Below, one piece after another: positions 9,601-19,175 of a stretch of DNA of 64,000 bases. The stretch's first letter is position 1. Each line of letters opens with the position of its first letter. The notes under the pieces were generated by a model. The model was not told the origin of the DNA. It did not search any database and was given only the letters and a program-made list of their open reading frames with translations. The translations under genes were made by a program, and so were the position numbers. Source of the DNA: an uncultured Spirochaetota bacterium (GTDB taxonomy: Bacteria > Spirochaetota > Spirochaetia > SZUA-6 > Fen-1364); assembly GCA_963781885.1 (NCBI GenBank), contig CAWAHW010000006.1:192001-256000 (forward strand). Reading direction: 5' to 3'.

Positions 9601-11595
9601 TCTCTCCAAACCATCGGCAACGCTCTGATTGGCGTCGTCGATTTGTCGGTTCATCTCCACCGCGGCATCGGCGACCGCCTTGCGTGCTTCGGCAGCCGTG
9701 ATCATCAGGACGTGCTTGTCGATCTCTTCCATGCTCAGGCCGTTCATTTCTCTGATGAGGCTGAGGACGTGCGAGCTGTCAAAGACGTCAGGTCCGAGCT
9801 GGGCGAAGACCACGGAGCCTGCGCTGCTGATCCCCCGGTTGAGCAGCTTCCCGCTTGCCAGCAGGCTCGCAAAATCCTTGCCCTCAAGAATTCCCGCCAC
9901 CGCCGCGCGGGCGTCCGGCGCGGAAATCCCCAGATCGCTCACCACAATGCTTCTTGCATCCCTGATCGCGCCTTCGGCACTCTGGCCGAGCTGGCCAAGA
10001 ACGGCTTCGGAGCCGATTGAAGCCGCCTTCGTTGCCGCGTCCTGAACCCACCCGGCCTTGCCGGTCTCGAGCTTGGCATACGAGGCATCCCAGGCCGCCG
10101 CGCGATCCTGATAAGCCGTGGCGAAAGCGCTCTGCCAGTTTGTATGCTGCGTCTCAAGGGCGTCAAATGCCGTCTCCCATTGGGTCTCGGCTCGTTTCAG
10201 GATGGTCTCCATTGAAGCCTGCCACTGGCTCTGTTGGGTTTGCAGGTCCTCCTGCATCAACGCCCAGCGCTGCTCCTGGACCGCCATGTAGCTTTTCATC
10301 CGGTCCTGCCATAGCGCGGCAAGCGCCTGACCTTGAGAGCTCAGAAGATCCTGCTGGGCCCGATCAAGCTCAGGGTGTTTGCGCGGGTCTACTTCAGCCT
10401 GAAGCGACTGCTCAAGACCCAAGAGTCGATTCACATGATCGGAGGTTCGATATGCGGGATTGAGGTAGGCGCGCCGTGCGGCCTCCTGGAGCGCCGTCTC
10501 TGCGGCACGATAGGCATCCGATGGATGCTCGGGATCTGCCAAAGGGACTTGGCGGAGATCGTTGAGCGCTTTCTGATACGCCTGCTCGTTCGCAAGCTGC
10601 GTTGCCGCCAAGGCGCCGGCGCCTTGTTCGAGATCGGCGCTCGCGGCTTCACGTCTGGTCTGCGCGTCATAGAGCATGTCATTGAGGGCCGTCGCGGCGT
10701 CAGTTGCCGGGTGCGCCGCACTCGTCGCGGAACCGAGGTAGCGATCGATGAGCCCGGGAAGGTCCAACCTCTGCGACGGATCGGCTATTCCGGTATTCGC
10801 AAGGGCGAGAATATCCGCCAGGTCCTGCTTGCTCACTGCCGCGAGTATCGCGCTCGTGATTGCTGTGGTCGTTACCGCCGCTCCAGAGGTGCGACCAAGC
10901 ATGGCATCAAGAGTAGCTATCTCATTGTCCAGATTCGCCCGCAATCTCGAATACCCGCCGCTTCCCACGGTTGCATCTGAAAGAGCCTGGGCAGCCGTGG
11001 TCACGAGTCCGCTGGTGCCGAATGCATTCGTAATCTGGGTATTCAGATTTGTCTGGTAGTCATTATCAACCGTGGCCATGTGTCTTTGGTTGCCCGACTC
11101 GATTCCCAAACCTATCGCCAAAGCGTCAAGCATCGCGGCCGCAGCCCAACCACCAGGAATTGCCCAGAAGAAGAGGGAAGACAAGTAATACCCTGTGGCA
11201 ACTGATGCAGCAGTTTGTGCCGCGGCCTTGTGCGTTTGCTCTTGCTTCTCAAGCAGGTCCACCAGATACTGCTTCGCGTCGGCGACGTAGCTGCTCTTGA
11301 GCATGTCGGAATTGGCGTGGGATTGGTTGCTCGTCATACCCAGGATATTCATTGCGATGAAGAACTCGTAGAGATTCTTCTGCTGCGCGTCACTCATAAT
11401 ATTGTTGTACGCGTCCAGTCCTCGGGTCCTGAACTCCTGCGTATCATAGTCGACGCCATCTGGGACGCTGTTCTGTAATGACCTGGCCCTCATTGACTTG
11501 ATATGTTGCGAACAGTTTCTTGATGTCCTTGTCTCCTGACCCGGAAGGATTGATGACCGAAATCTGGTATTGAAACGCGAGGCCCCAGTTTTCAA
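6667..11595 (-). CDS. C-terminal part of giant exported protein (candidate polymorphic toxin): Trp-ladder helix, Gly-rich hydrophobic helices, HExxH motif, variable C-terminal tip
   Basis: 1642-codon ORF overlapping the upstream ORF in the +1 frame. It has no signal peptide of its own. HEGTH at 7867-7881. Probably one gene with 11444..18487. Confidence 0.8.
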   Translation of the reverse strand: MKTGASRFNTRFRSSILPGQETRTSRNCSQHIKSMRARSLQNSVPDGVDYDTQEFRTRGLDAYNNIMSDAQQKNLYEFFIAMNILGMTSNQSHANSDMLKSSYVADAKQYLVDLLEKQEQTHKAAAQTAASVATGYYLSSLFFWAIPGGWAAAAMLDALAIGLGIESGNQRHMATVDNDYQTNLNTQITNAFGTSGLVTTAAQALSDATVGSGGYSRLRANLDNEIATLDAMLGRTSGAAVTTTAITSAILAAVSKQDLADILALANTGIADPSQRLDLPGLIDRYLGSATSAAHPATDAATALNDMLYDAQTRREAASADLEQGAGALAATQLANEQAYQKALNDLRQVPLADPEHPSDAYRAAETALQEAARRAYLNPAYRTSDHVNRLLGLEQSLQAEVDPRKHPELDRAQQDLLSSQGQALAALWQDRMKSYMAVQEQRWALMQEDLQTQQSQWQASMETILKRAETQWETAFDALETQHTNWQSAFATAYQDRAAAWDASYAKLETGKAGWVQDAATKAASIGSEAVLGQLGQSAEGAIRDARSIVVSDLGISAPDARAAVAGILEGKDFASLLASGKLLNRGISSAGSVVFAQLGPDVFDSSHVLSLIREMNGLSMEEIDKHVLMITAAEARKAVADAAVEMNRQIDDANQSVADGLERSLLEAGFVRSGGDFQRQTVVDSTINGPLTETHVVPAYRPFVPDAEIASKVDLSDATLLQLSAAGIQAQVELAIKDMRGQLEGIFGKQGDTGTTEITSWKNVTVHTEVTDTVSTVDSEGNRHTSQVTTVRESTRRDASSTAASIGAGKFGLYVGIAPKMESENLDATAEETEYSKYLSATGSGELGRVLTPFMWSQMKAGMGWAMAARPAYDQKLWDDRNSWVKAPTLRSVADIGVSVVGTVIAGPAGAAIAGLVEKGLFTVADLANRQMSLGEGLVSLGKDILSTAFSMAMGGLGDTVTKGLDAVGGLSGIIGKTIWSGAQGFTTNMGQGLINNITYSSNKGFGFDGQAFAQSVVGQQALAGYLGGMASTATSSSLGQWNLKDGNGITLNGHVFDTQSIQSFNGLMGSAVSAGIQYGMTGEATLNVANFSMLGIKGADGEIVQNGLLEMHLGGSNGFSMNLGTGGADFSLGNIASAIQGVSESAAISKWKYGSSDDRAVLNAVNGLGYTDSEQNWNVAQRIFSRDLAVQFSSQMAQNEWGSYSTESPNTITLNADMLNAKGALGAAEMASVLSHEGTHASGNRVEGIAYIMQMDAMYTISKAWGVSDSAFSNSIARQAMVAGNWEIGAGGEEHAKFSGNEGSNDPVGIVPDNLWDSAWKGLLGPALKLSTGGFADAADTISGGQLSEWWYANRTGKDIFDERDYNPAQGLISMILMGSALSQGIKAGVSGAEVLLDMVNPASVMKENLWEKSSFGAAMLTGLAAEDFVASGRDLYDSLEANLPEMMKGIKGMENMDKAVFSKADALGVPLNTQNIAYDPETIGQIQDAAKERYVVMAEFIKMGTPDDLVKQYFFGGIQSKELVVGQGIDGSPGAKVMQFVQEDPGMFDAQRKRFWDLPPEFTAGDAFDKELLRKVNLENAYDISAQKSLSYSSDYLSKVINANDYWNRKPGQYEYWRNYLNNESASYNAWIQKTFGK

Positions 11596-14500
11596 TGAAA
11601 TCGGTGTGATGGTCGGTGATATACGCTGCCATCTCTCTCAACCAGGTCTCTCGATCCGACGCATAAGTGTGGGAAGCTTTGCCGGTGAGATAGTCCTTCA
11701 ACGCGCTCTGCTGTGCAGCCGTGGAAGCGGTTCCGTAGCTGAAATCGGGCAAGCCTTCTGCATTGAACGTCACCTGCACGAATGCTTTTGTATTGGCCGC
11801 GCCGGCATCTGCAAACGTCACATCCCCTGGTGCGTCAACGAATAGCTCGCTAATCTTGGAGTCCAGCGCGTCTTGCGCGTCGGCGACTTTCTGTTGCTGT
11901 TTCGCCGTGGCAGAGCCCAGGAGCGACGACAACCTCTCGAAAGCAAGATATGCGCCGTACTGTTCTTGGTACTGCTCGAAGGCGTTGCGATATGCGACTT
12001 GTTCCGGACCATTGCCCTGCGCAAAGTCGGCCGGTTGATCGGTGCCGCCGTACAGGCTGCGCAAAGCATCGAGGGCGGCCTGCGCCCGCAGAAGCCCGGC
12101 CTTGGCTGCGGTGACACGTTGGTCGGGATCCACGGCGAGACTCGCGGAATCCTGTCCATCGGATCCTTCGGGCGCGCTCGTCACCTGACCGGTACTTGTA
12201 TCGAGATAGCCGGTTGATGCAAAGGTTGTAATGGCCTCGGCTTTCTGCAGCTCGAAACGCGCCGTCTCCAGACCCGCGGCGGCGTCCCGCGCCTGACTGT
12301 AAAGCCCATCATAGGTGCCGCTTGTTGCGGAGAAAGCCGCCACGGCGGCAGTGTAAGCTGTGTTCAAGGAATCCCGTGCAGCAACCAATTGGTCCAACTT
12401 GTCTTTGAGCGGCGCGGCCGCTGCCGCCGAGCTTTTCTGGCCATCTATCAAGCGCTGCGAGAGGGCCGAGCCAAGGAGGGATATCTGTCGTTTCAGCGAT
12501 GCAATCGACGCCTGGAGGCCATTCAAGACACGGGTCGAAGAGTCTACCGCGGCCTTTGCTGCTCCGGTTGCATCGAAGCTGTTGAGCTGAATCCCTTCCC
12601 AATCGGCAAGAAGTGCGGAGGAACGTCCGCTGCTTGCGTCGGCGAAAACTGGAGACAGAGTGGTTGAAAAAGCATTCAGCCGGGATCGATCCATGCTCCG
12701 GTCCGCGGCCACCGTCGTATTGAATCGCTCTGCCTGCCCTCGAAACTGATTTGTCGCTTCCAGGACTGCATTCTCATAAAGCGGTCCTGGGGTGCCCGAT
12801 CCAGCGCCGACCCCCGGTGCAACCTCATAAATCCCCGCGGCATCGTCGACCTGCGTCGTCACCTGACCGGCCGACGTTGCGGGAGCAAGATGCTGTTCTG
12901 TATTATCCTTATCCGTCGCATCATCGCTTTTGACTTGCATGAGAAGGTCGCTGAGGTAGGCACGGTATGCGAGGGGTGAGCCCGCCATCCCGCCAGCGAG
13001 GTCTTCCGCCTGCTTCTCAAAGCTCAGGCGCGCTGCCAGACCCGGCTGCGCGTGCGTCATGGCGGTGAGATCCTTGACGAGGATGTTTGAGATGTAGTCC
13101 AGGGCAGTCTTTGTCTGAGCGGATTGATTTTCGGCCGTCTTGTCGATGATGTCATTCGCGGAAGCGCTCAACGGGGAGGCGAAAACAGGGTCCTGCCACG
13201 CCTTCATTGAGGCAAGGGCTCCGTCCCTTACCGCGATTGTGAATGAATCCGTTCCCGCGCGCTCGGCGCCGTATGGAACGGGACCTGATTCCGCCGCGGC
13301 CACATAGCCGTTCTCAAGCGAATAGTCCGTTTGAAACGCCTGGGTCTGCTCCCGGACTGAAGGCGACACGCTGCCTGCGTCGGCATCCGTCTTTTTGCCC
13401 GCAAGTATCTTTCGCTTTAGGATCCACAAGGCAGCCTCGGGTGAGCCGAGGAGCAGGAGGAGAGCGTCTGTCGAAGGCGGCGGCGTATCATTCGAGCCAT
13501 CGGCAGACTTGATGAGGGAGTCGATTGCCGAAGGGCAGCCGACGCCAGAGATGGACAGCATCCATCCGGCGAGATCGACCCGCTCCGCCTCGTCGATTGA
13601 CAATTGCGCCAGATCGTAGTTGAGACCAAGCGCAAGCGCTTTTTCGTTGGCATCGATCCCCACCCTTCCCGAGAGATTGGTCGAGACGATGGCCGAGGCC
13701 CGGTCACGGCCGGCGTCCGAAAGTGCCTGCTGAGCGAACCACGCTTCCCGAGCAGCAGAGCCGAGCGTGCGAAGGCTGTCCTCATATCCTCGCGCGACGT
13801 CGAGTCCCTTCAGGCTGCCCGAGAGATAGCGCCCACGGAAGAGCTCGCGCCAATTGCCCTGCGCGTCCGCGTTGCCGTTGCACGCAAGGTAGCCCTGGGT
13901 GTAGAGACGCGCCAGCTCGAAGCTCCTGTCGGTCGAATCGCCATTCAGAGCGATGCCGTTCTCCGTCATGGTCGCCAGGTAATCGTTCAAAGAGGCATTC
14001 ACGCCGGCGGATGTTCCCGCGCTCAACACGGCCTGTTCGGCCGCCGTCATCGACTGGTCAATGAGCACCTCTTTCAGGAGCCCGAAGTCGCAGCCTGTCA
14101 GGCCATCGTCGGCAAGACCGCCGCAGACCGCGGCCAGAAGATCTGCCGCTGCGACGACCTTGAAGCTCGTCGTGGTTGAAAGAGCGGACAGGGTGCTCCC
14201 GTCCAGTTCGCCGCGAAGGAGCTGAAGCCAGGAATCCCTTCGGGAGTTCACGTCGACGGTCCCCGTCGCTCCGCGGAAAAGATCGAGATAAGCTCCCATG
14301 AATGAAGACAGCACGGACGAGTCGGCATCCGGATGCGAGGCGATGTAGGCGCGCGCGGCGCCTTGCGCCTTTTGCTCGTCATAGCTTTGACCGTCGATGG
14401 CAGCGTCTATGGCCGCCTTCATTCCCGCCGCATTGAAGTACCGTGACAGAAGCGAATGTTCCGTCGGCGTCGATGAAAGGAAGGATCGATTGATTCCCGT

Positions 14501-17500
14501 ATATGCCGTTGCCATCGCGGCATTCGATTCGATGGAGGCTTCGAGCAACGGAATCTCCTGATCGAATGCGAGCGAGGTCTTTTTCCCGCCGTAGTAGGTG
14601 CTCAGCAGGTACTCATTCCACGACGCGGCGTCAATGCCCTGCGCGCCCCATCGAGCGGAAAGGGAAGAATCAATCGAATGAAGCACGGAAAGTTGCGTGG
14701 CTCCTGTCGCGACGAGGACATCGCGGCTGCCGTCATCTTTCGCTCCGGCAAACCAGGCGGGGCTGTACGTGTTCCACACGGCGTTCGCATACTCCGTGCA
14801 TACATCCTCTCCCAGTGCATTCCAGTCAGCGTGCGACGGGTCGGTGAGCGCCGCGACCCGAAGAAGGAGAGAGGCCGTTTCTGTTTCCAGAGAGCTCCTG
14901 ATCCCCGCCACAAGAGGCGCGATCCAAGGGTCTCCCACGAGCTCGCGCAGCCCATCTGAGGACAGGAAGGCGCTCACGGCGCTATGGATGGCGGTGGAAT
15001 CGGGGGCAACGCTGCCGCATTCCCCGATCAGGGATCGGGCGATGCCGACCGCGGACTGGGCGACGAAACGCGCGCTCACGTCGCCGGCGGAAAGGGAAAC
15101 AGCGAGCCCGACGGAAGAATCGAATCCGCCTGTGCCTTGAATCGTTTGGACGTCGCGAAGAACCAGTAGCAGTGACACGGGGTCATTGGCGGTGCTCTCC
15201 GCATTGCCTTGCAGCTTTGCGAGGTCCTCCTGGAGGCTCTCCATGCGGTCGGAAAGACGGCCCAGCGCGCCTTGCGTCTCTTGCGATGCCCCGACGGCGC
15301 CGCCGAGATTCACCACGTGCAGCGCGAACAGATCACTCAGGGATTGGAGCAGGGATTGGAGCTGGGCGGCAACCGGCTGGGGAAGATTCAACGACACGGA
15401 TGCAATGCCATCCTCCACCTGCTGCAGCCACGTCTCCACGAACGCCGCGTTCGGGTGCGCGCTCCAGATGTCGCGCCACACATCCTCGGGGTTGCGGAAG
15501 ACAACCGTGTCCGCCGATGCGGCAGTGGCAATTCCGCGCTCAACGAGGAGAACCTGTGCCTGGGAGATCGCTTGGCGCGCGAGCCCTTCCCGCACCGCGG
15601 GGGCGACAGCCGCGTCCTTTGTCATGAGAGAGGCGATGGAGCCTCGCGGCGCGTCCGAAGGGGATGCCCCCCCAAGCACCAGAGAACCGTAGTCTGCTCC
15701 TGCAAAAGCGAACATGCTCGATCCTGAGAGGAATTGGCGCGCGAGCTCGTCACTTTCCGCCAGGTTCCTGATCTCAGCTCCATGGGCCGTCAGGTCCGGG
15801 TTTGACGAATGCAGGACTGCTTCCATCACATCGATGATTTTCTGGAGAGCGGCCGACCTGCGCGAAGCTTCTGTTCCGAGATCTCCTGCCGAAAGGCCGG
15901 TTTCCGTCTTGAATATCGCCGAGAGGATCTGTGTCCGTGAATCAACAATATCCTTTGGCTGCGTCACCGCGGCGATCGTCTGGAAGCCGCCAACATTTAA
16001 CGGATCGGCGGCGAGAGAGTCGAGGATCTGTTTTTGCGCCGTTGCGTCGTCCAGGAACGCCTGCGCGACGGACCCCTTCGCGCACTCAATCACTTTGCCT
16101 TCCGTATCTTCAAAATCTGCGCCGACGGTGATTCCTTCGGCTGCCGCCCATGTCTGAAGGTCAGGGCTTGTCAGGAGCGCGATTTCGGCAAGGCGACATT
16201 GCAGGTCGTCCTCTCTTTGCGCGGAAAGCTGCCGAACGAATCCGACGATGCTCAGTCGCGCGAGTGCCTGCTGCTCCGGCGTCTTGTCAGAGTCTGCGTC
16301 GGAATCGTGGAACTCGAGCGTCAACTGGTTGATGACCTCAGGTGCGAGTGCCAGCGTCTCCAGCGAAGCCGTGAAAGACGCCGAATCCGTGCTGAATTTC
16401 CACTGGCTCGCTTTTCGCGCAGAGTCGGAAAGATCCTGCAGTGAGCTCTGTCCTGAGTCCGTGTCACCGAGCACGAGCTGTGACACCGTTTGCGCGGCCC
16501 CATTCACTTCTTGTTCCAGTCCCATTTCATTGACTGCAGCGAGATATTCTCCGTAGGCGACCGCTTCATTTTTCTGCATATCGTCGGCTGCAGGGCCGAG
16601 TCCGGTGTCCTTCAGCAGCTCCTGGTAGTAGCCTTGCAGCTGTTGCCGGAACGGCGTGGAATCCTTTGTGCTCCAGATGTCCAGGGTGTCCTGGTAGCTC
16701 TCCCTCGCTTCCTTGAGCTTGCCGTCGAGCTCTTGGAGTTGATCGTTGAGGTCGGCGACCTTCTGCCTGTTCGTCGGCAGGTCATTCCCGCACGCCGTGA
16801 GCGCGGCCAGCGCCTGTTGATAGGCGGTCTGCCGCGTCTGGAAAACGCGCAGCGCCTCTTCATAGCCCTGCTCCGTCTGCGCTTCGGTTGGCCGGAGGGA
16901 ACTGTTTTCATGCGCATATGCGGCGACGGCCGCCGCAATGGTGACTTGCTTTTGCCAGTAGCCTTGCGTGGCCTGGGCCGCCAGCAGTGCCACCTGGTAG
17001 TCGTCGAGATAGTGAGTATCCACCGCGTCGGTGCCAAAGATGTCCGTGTAGGAGGTGCTGCCGGGCTCGCCACCGTTGATTTCGGTCGCCGTGTCCGCGA
17101 GGAATGTCAGCGCGCTGGCATAGTACGCTTGATACGTGTCCCGAGTGCTGGTCCAGAATGCGATCTCTCCGTTCACGTCGTCGTTGGCGGTTTGCTCTTT
17201 CCAATAGGCGAGCGACGAGTCCGCCGTGCGCAAGATGTTCGCCGCTTGGCTGTATACCTGGGTGACGTTTGCAATTTGCGTGTCGAGCGATGTCGAGCGC
17301 TCATCCACGGCATGATTCAAGTCCAGCCGCGCCTGGTCTATGGCTGCCGAAAGGTCGCTCTGCTTGACTTGCCAACTCGCCTTTCCGGTGTCCAGGATGT
17401 TTCGCAGCTCGCTTTCCCACGCCACGCGCGCGGCCTGGAGCTGCTGGTACGCGTCCGCCCACTCGCGTTCCCCGGCCTGGAATTGATCGGTTACACTCTT

Positions 17501-18487
17501 TTCCCACTGCGCCCGCTCAATGAGCAGATCCTGCTCCGCCTTTGTCCAGCGCGCCATGCCTTTGTCGAACTCGCGGCGGAAGCTTTCCTGCCATGCCGCC
17601 GGGTCGATCGCGACCTCACCTTCCGGGGTGGCAGCATGCGACGTCGAAAGAGAATCGCGCAACGAGACCAGACCGGCGGCCATGTCCGCATTCGCTCCCG
17701 CAATGATCTGGGAAACGACGGACGTGGCGGTCTCATCTTCACTCTTTTTGCGCAGGCTCAACTGGTCGCGCGTGCGGGCGTTCAGGAAGCGCGCCTCGTC
17801 ACGCTGGAAAGCAGTGTTCAGCTCGCGCGCGTAGGCTGCCCGATATTGCGCCTCGGTCGCGGTGAACTGGCCGTCAAACGCCGTCCCTTCCGGCAAAGAC
17901 CCGAGCAGATCGGTTCGGATTGCAGCGGCATGATCGTCCCATGCGGACAGCTCGGTTTGCAGCGTTTCGGAGACCGTGGCCTCCCAATCGGCCGTGTCGG
18001 TTTCCAGGTTGGCAGTCTGGTACATCTCCGGGTCGCCTGCGGTATCGTAGATGATCCCGTTCTCATCCGTCCGGTAAAGCTTCGACAAGTCGGCCTGGAG
18101 CACCGACCGTGCGAGCGCGGCGCTCTCTGCGGGCGCTTGAGCCGAGAACGCATCCTGGATAAGCCATTGGGCGTACCGCTGTTGCAGGAGGGCGTCAAAG
18201 TCGTCCTGCACGCGATCCCGCTCGGCGCGGAGGTCGATGCCCTGATCGACAAGGGCTGCTGCGCTTGACTCCCACCTGGCGACCACGGTCTGGACGCCGA
18301 ACTGGGCGATACGCAGCCAGTCTTGCTGGGACTGCGCCCTATCCGCATAGTCGAAGTAGATCTCAAGCTGGCTGCGCTGCTGGTCTTCGAGCTTGTCGAG
18401 GCCGAGGTTTTGCGCAATTGCCGTGCCAGTGGCCCAAAGCATCGCCACAGCGGCAATGCCGGCGACGAGAATCTTGTGCCCACGCAT
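11444..18487 (-). CDS. N-terminal part of giant exported alpha-helical protein (reminiscent of Leptospira TIGR04388-type giant proteins; unverified)
   Basis: AGAGGA RBS and ATG 18487. Signal peptide MRGHKILVAGIAAVAMLWATGTAIA-Q. Ala/Gln/Asp-rich helical sequence. The frame ends in junk (QRPRWRRL) where the +1 frame takes over. Span 18487-6667 is 3n+1 nt. Confidence 0.8.
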   Translation of the reverse strand: MRGHKILVAGIAAVAMLWATGTAIAQNLGLDKLEDQQRSQLEIYFDYADRAQSQQDWLRIAQFGVQTVVARWESSAAALVDQGIDLRAERDRVQDDFDALLQQRYAQWLIQDAFSAQAPAESAALARSVLQADLSKLYRTDENGIIYDTAGDPEMYQTANLETDTADWEATVSETLQTELSAWDDHAAAIRTDLLGSLPEGTAFDGQFTATEAQYRAAYARELNTAFQRDEARFLNARTRDQLSLRKKSEDETATSVVSQIIAGANADMAAGLVSLRDSLSTSHAATPEGEVAIDPAAWQESFRREFDKGMARWTKAEQDLLIERAQWEKSVTDQFQAGEREWADAYQQLQAARVAWESELRNILDTGKASWQVKQSDLSAAIDQARLDLNHAVDERSTSLDTQIANVTQVYSQAANILRTADSSLAYWKEQTANDDVNGEIAFWTSTRDTYQAYYASALTFLADTATEINGGEPGSTSYTDIFGTDAVDTHYLDDYQVALLAAQATQGYWQKQVTIAAAVAAYAHENSSLRPTEAQTEQGYEEALRVFQTRQTAYQQALAALTACGNDLPTNRQKVADLNDQLQELDGKLKEARESYQDTLDIWSTKDSTPFRQQLQGYYQELLKDTGLGPAADDMQKNEAVAYGEYLAAVNEMGLEQEVNGAAQTVSQLVLGDTDSGQSSLQDLSDSARKASQWKFSTDSASFTASLETLALAPEVINQLTLEFHDSDADSDKTPEQQALARLSIVGFVRQLSAQREDDLQCRLAEIALLTSPDLQTWAAAEGITVGADFEDTEGKVIECAKGSVAQAFLDDATAQKQILDSLAADPLNVGGFQTIAAVTQPKDIVDSRTQILSAIFKTETGLSAGDLGTEASRRSAALQKIIDVMEAVLHSSNPDLTAHGAEIRNLAESDELARQFLSGSSMFAFAGADYGSLVLGGASPSDAPRGSIASLMTKDAAVAPAVREGLARQAISQAQVLLVERGIATAASADTVVFRNPEDVWRDIWSAHPNAAFVETWLQQVEDGIASVSLNLPQPVAAQLQSLLQSLSDLFALHVVNLGGAVGASQETQGALGRLSDRMESLQEDLAKLQGNAESTANDPVSLLLVLRDVQTIQGTGGFDSSVGLAVSLSAGDVSARFVAQSAVGIARSLIGECGSVAPDSTAIHSAVSAFLSSDGLRELVGDPWIAPLVAGIRSSLETETASLLLRVAALTDPSHADWNALGEDVCTEYANAVWNTYSPAWFAGAKDDGSRDVLVATGATQLSVLHSIDSSLSARWGAQGIDAASWNEYLLSTYYGGKKTSLAFDQEIPLLEASIESNAAMATAYTGINRSFLSSTPTEHSLLSRYFNAAGMKAAIDAAIDGQSYDEQKAQGAARAYIASHPDADSSVLSSFMGAYLDLFRGATGTVDVNSRRDSWLQLLRGELDGSTLSALSTTTSFKVVAAADLLAAVCGGLADDGLTGCDFGLLKEVLIDQSMTAAEQAVLSAGTSAGVNASLNDYLATMTENGIALNGDSTDRSFELARLYTQGYLACNGNADAQGNWRELFRGRYLSGSLKGLDVARGYEDSLRTLGSAAREAWFAQQALSDAGRDRASAIVSTNLSGRVGIDANEKALALGLNYDLAQLSIDEAERVDLAGWMLSISGVGCPSAIDSLIKSADGSNDTPPPSTDALLLLLGSPEAALWILKRKILAGKKTDADAGSVSPSVREQTQAFQTDYSLENGYVAAAESGPVPYGAERAGTDSFTIAVRDGALASMKAWQDPVFASPLSASANDIIDKTAENQSAQTKTALDYISNILVKDLTAMTHAQPGLAARLSFEKQAEDLAGGMAGSPLAYRAYLSDLLMQVKSDDATDKDNTEQHLAPATSAGQVTTQVDDAAGIYEVAPGVGAGSGTPGPLYENAVLEATNQFRGQAERFNTTVAADRSMDRSRLNAFSTTLSPVFADASSGRSSALLADWEGIQLNSFDATGAAKAAVDSSTRVLNGLQASIASLKRQISLLGSALSQRLIDGQKSSAAAAAPLKDKLDQLVAARDSLNTAYTAAVAAFSATSGTYDGLYSQARDAAAGLETARFELQKAEAITTFASTGYLDTSTGQVTSAPEGSDGQDSASLAVDPDQRVTAAKAGLLRAQAALDALRSLYGGTDQPADFAQGNGPEQVAYRNAFEQYQEQYGAYLAFERLSSLLGSATAKQQQKVADAQDALDSKISELFVDAPGDVTFADAGAANTKAFVQVTFNAEGLPDFSYGTASTAAQQSALKDYLTGKASHTYASDRETWLREMAAYITDHHTDFIENWGLAFQYQISVINPSGSGDKDIKKLFATYQVNEGQVITEQRPRWRRL

Positions 18488-18803
18488 TTTCAATCCTCTG
18501 AACGTTTTCATTTGCTCTTTCGCCAAAGCACAAACGAAGGAGCTTGTAGAAATTCGTATCACAGGTATCTGCAACCGTCAAGGATTCCAACGGGCTATCC
18601 TTGAAGAAGGAGGATTGAATATCAGCAGTTCGACTCGCAGGGGAGGAATAGATATGGAATCACCTTCGGTTCACATTTCCTCTGCGACCATGGCGTATTG
18701 GATTACGGGTGGCGTAAGAAGGGTTTGGTCCGAAGATTGTGGAAAAGACCACCAAGAATCCGGCCTTGAGCTTCTGCTGGTCTTCTTTCATTTCGCTTCT
18801 AGC

Positions 18804-19160
18804 CTACTGAGACGCTTCTTGGAGTATCTGATAAGCGTCACTTCCTTTCAGAAAGGCATTGTATTGTGCGTAGTCAAAAGCAGTCCTTCCCCAATTGTCT
18901 TTCGCTCTGCCATCTGCGCCAGCCTCCAGAAGCATCATGACGACAACAGGGTCCAAATTACTTTCGGCGGCGGCCATCAGCGGTGTCATGCCATCCAGGT
19001 CTCGAGCATTTACATCGGCTCCATGCTCTATTGCAGCCTGTATTTTCTGTGGCGTTTGGCATTTTACCAGTTCAAAAAAAACCACCGACTGCGCGTATGT
19101 CGATCCCACAGTAATCAAGAATAGAATCGTGACAAATAGCCGTTTCGAATGGGCAGACAT
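18804..19160 (-). CDS. Small secreted ankyrin-repeat protein
   Basis: Signal peptide ending TYA-Q. Ankyrin motifs GADVNARDLDGMTPLMAAA and LLEAGADGRAKDNWGRTAFDYA. AAGGAG RBS. Confidence 0.85.
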   Translation of the reverse strand: MSAHSKRLFVTILFLITVGSTYAQSVVFFELVKCQTPQKIQAAIEHGADVNARDLDGMTPLMAAAESNLDPVVVMMLLEAGADGRAKDNWGRTAFDYAQYNAFLKGSDAYQILQEASQ

Positions 19161-19175
19161 CGCCTCACACTCCTT

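Noticed and set aside
11444-11595. Programmed ribosomal frameshift or phase variation in the giant gene
   Set aside because: There is no slippery heptamer or homopolymer at the junction, and the same +1 defect appears in five unrelated genes. A sequencing indel is more parsimonious.
6667-18487. Phage tape-measure protein or prophage
   Set aside because: Trp periodicity and helicity are reminiscent, but the protein has a signal peptide and no phage structural, terminase or integrase genes are present.
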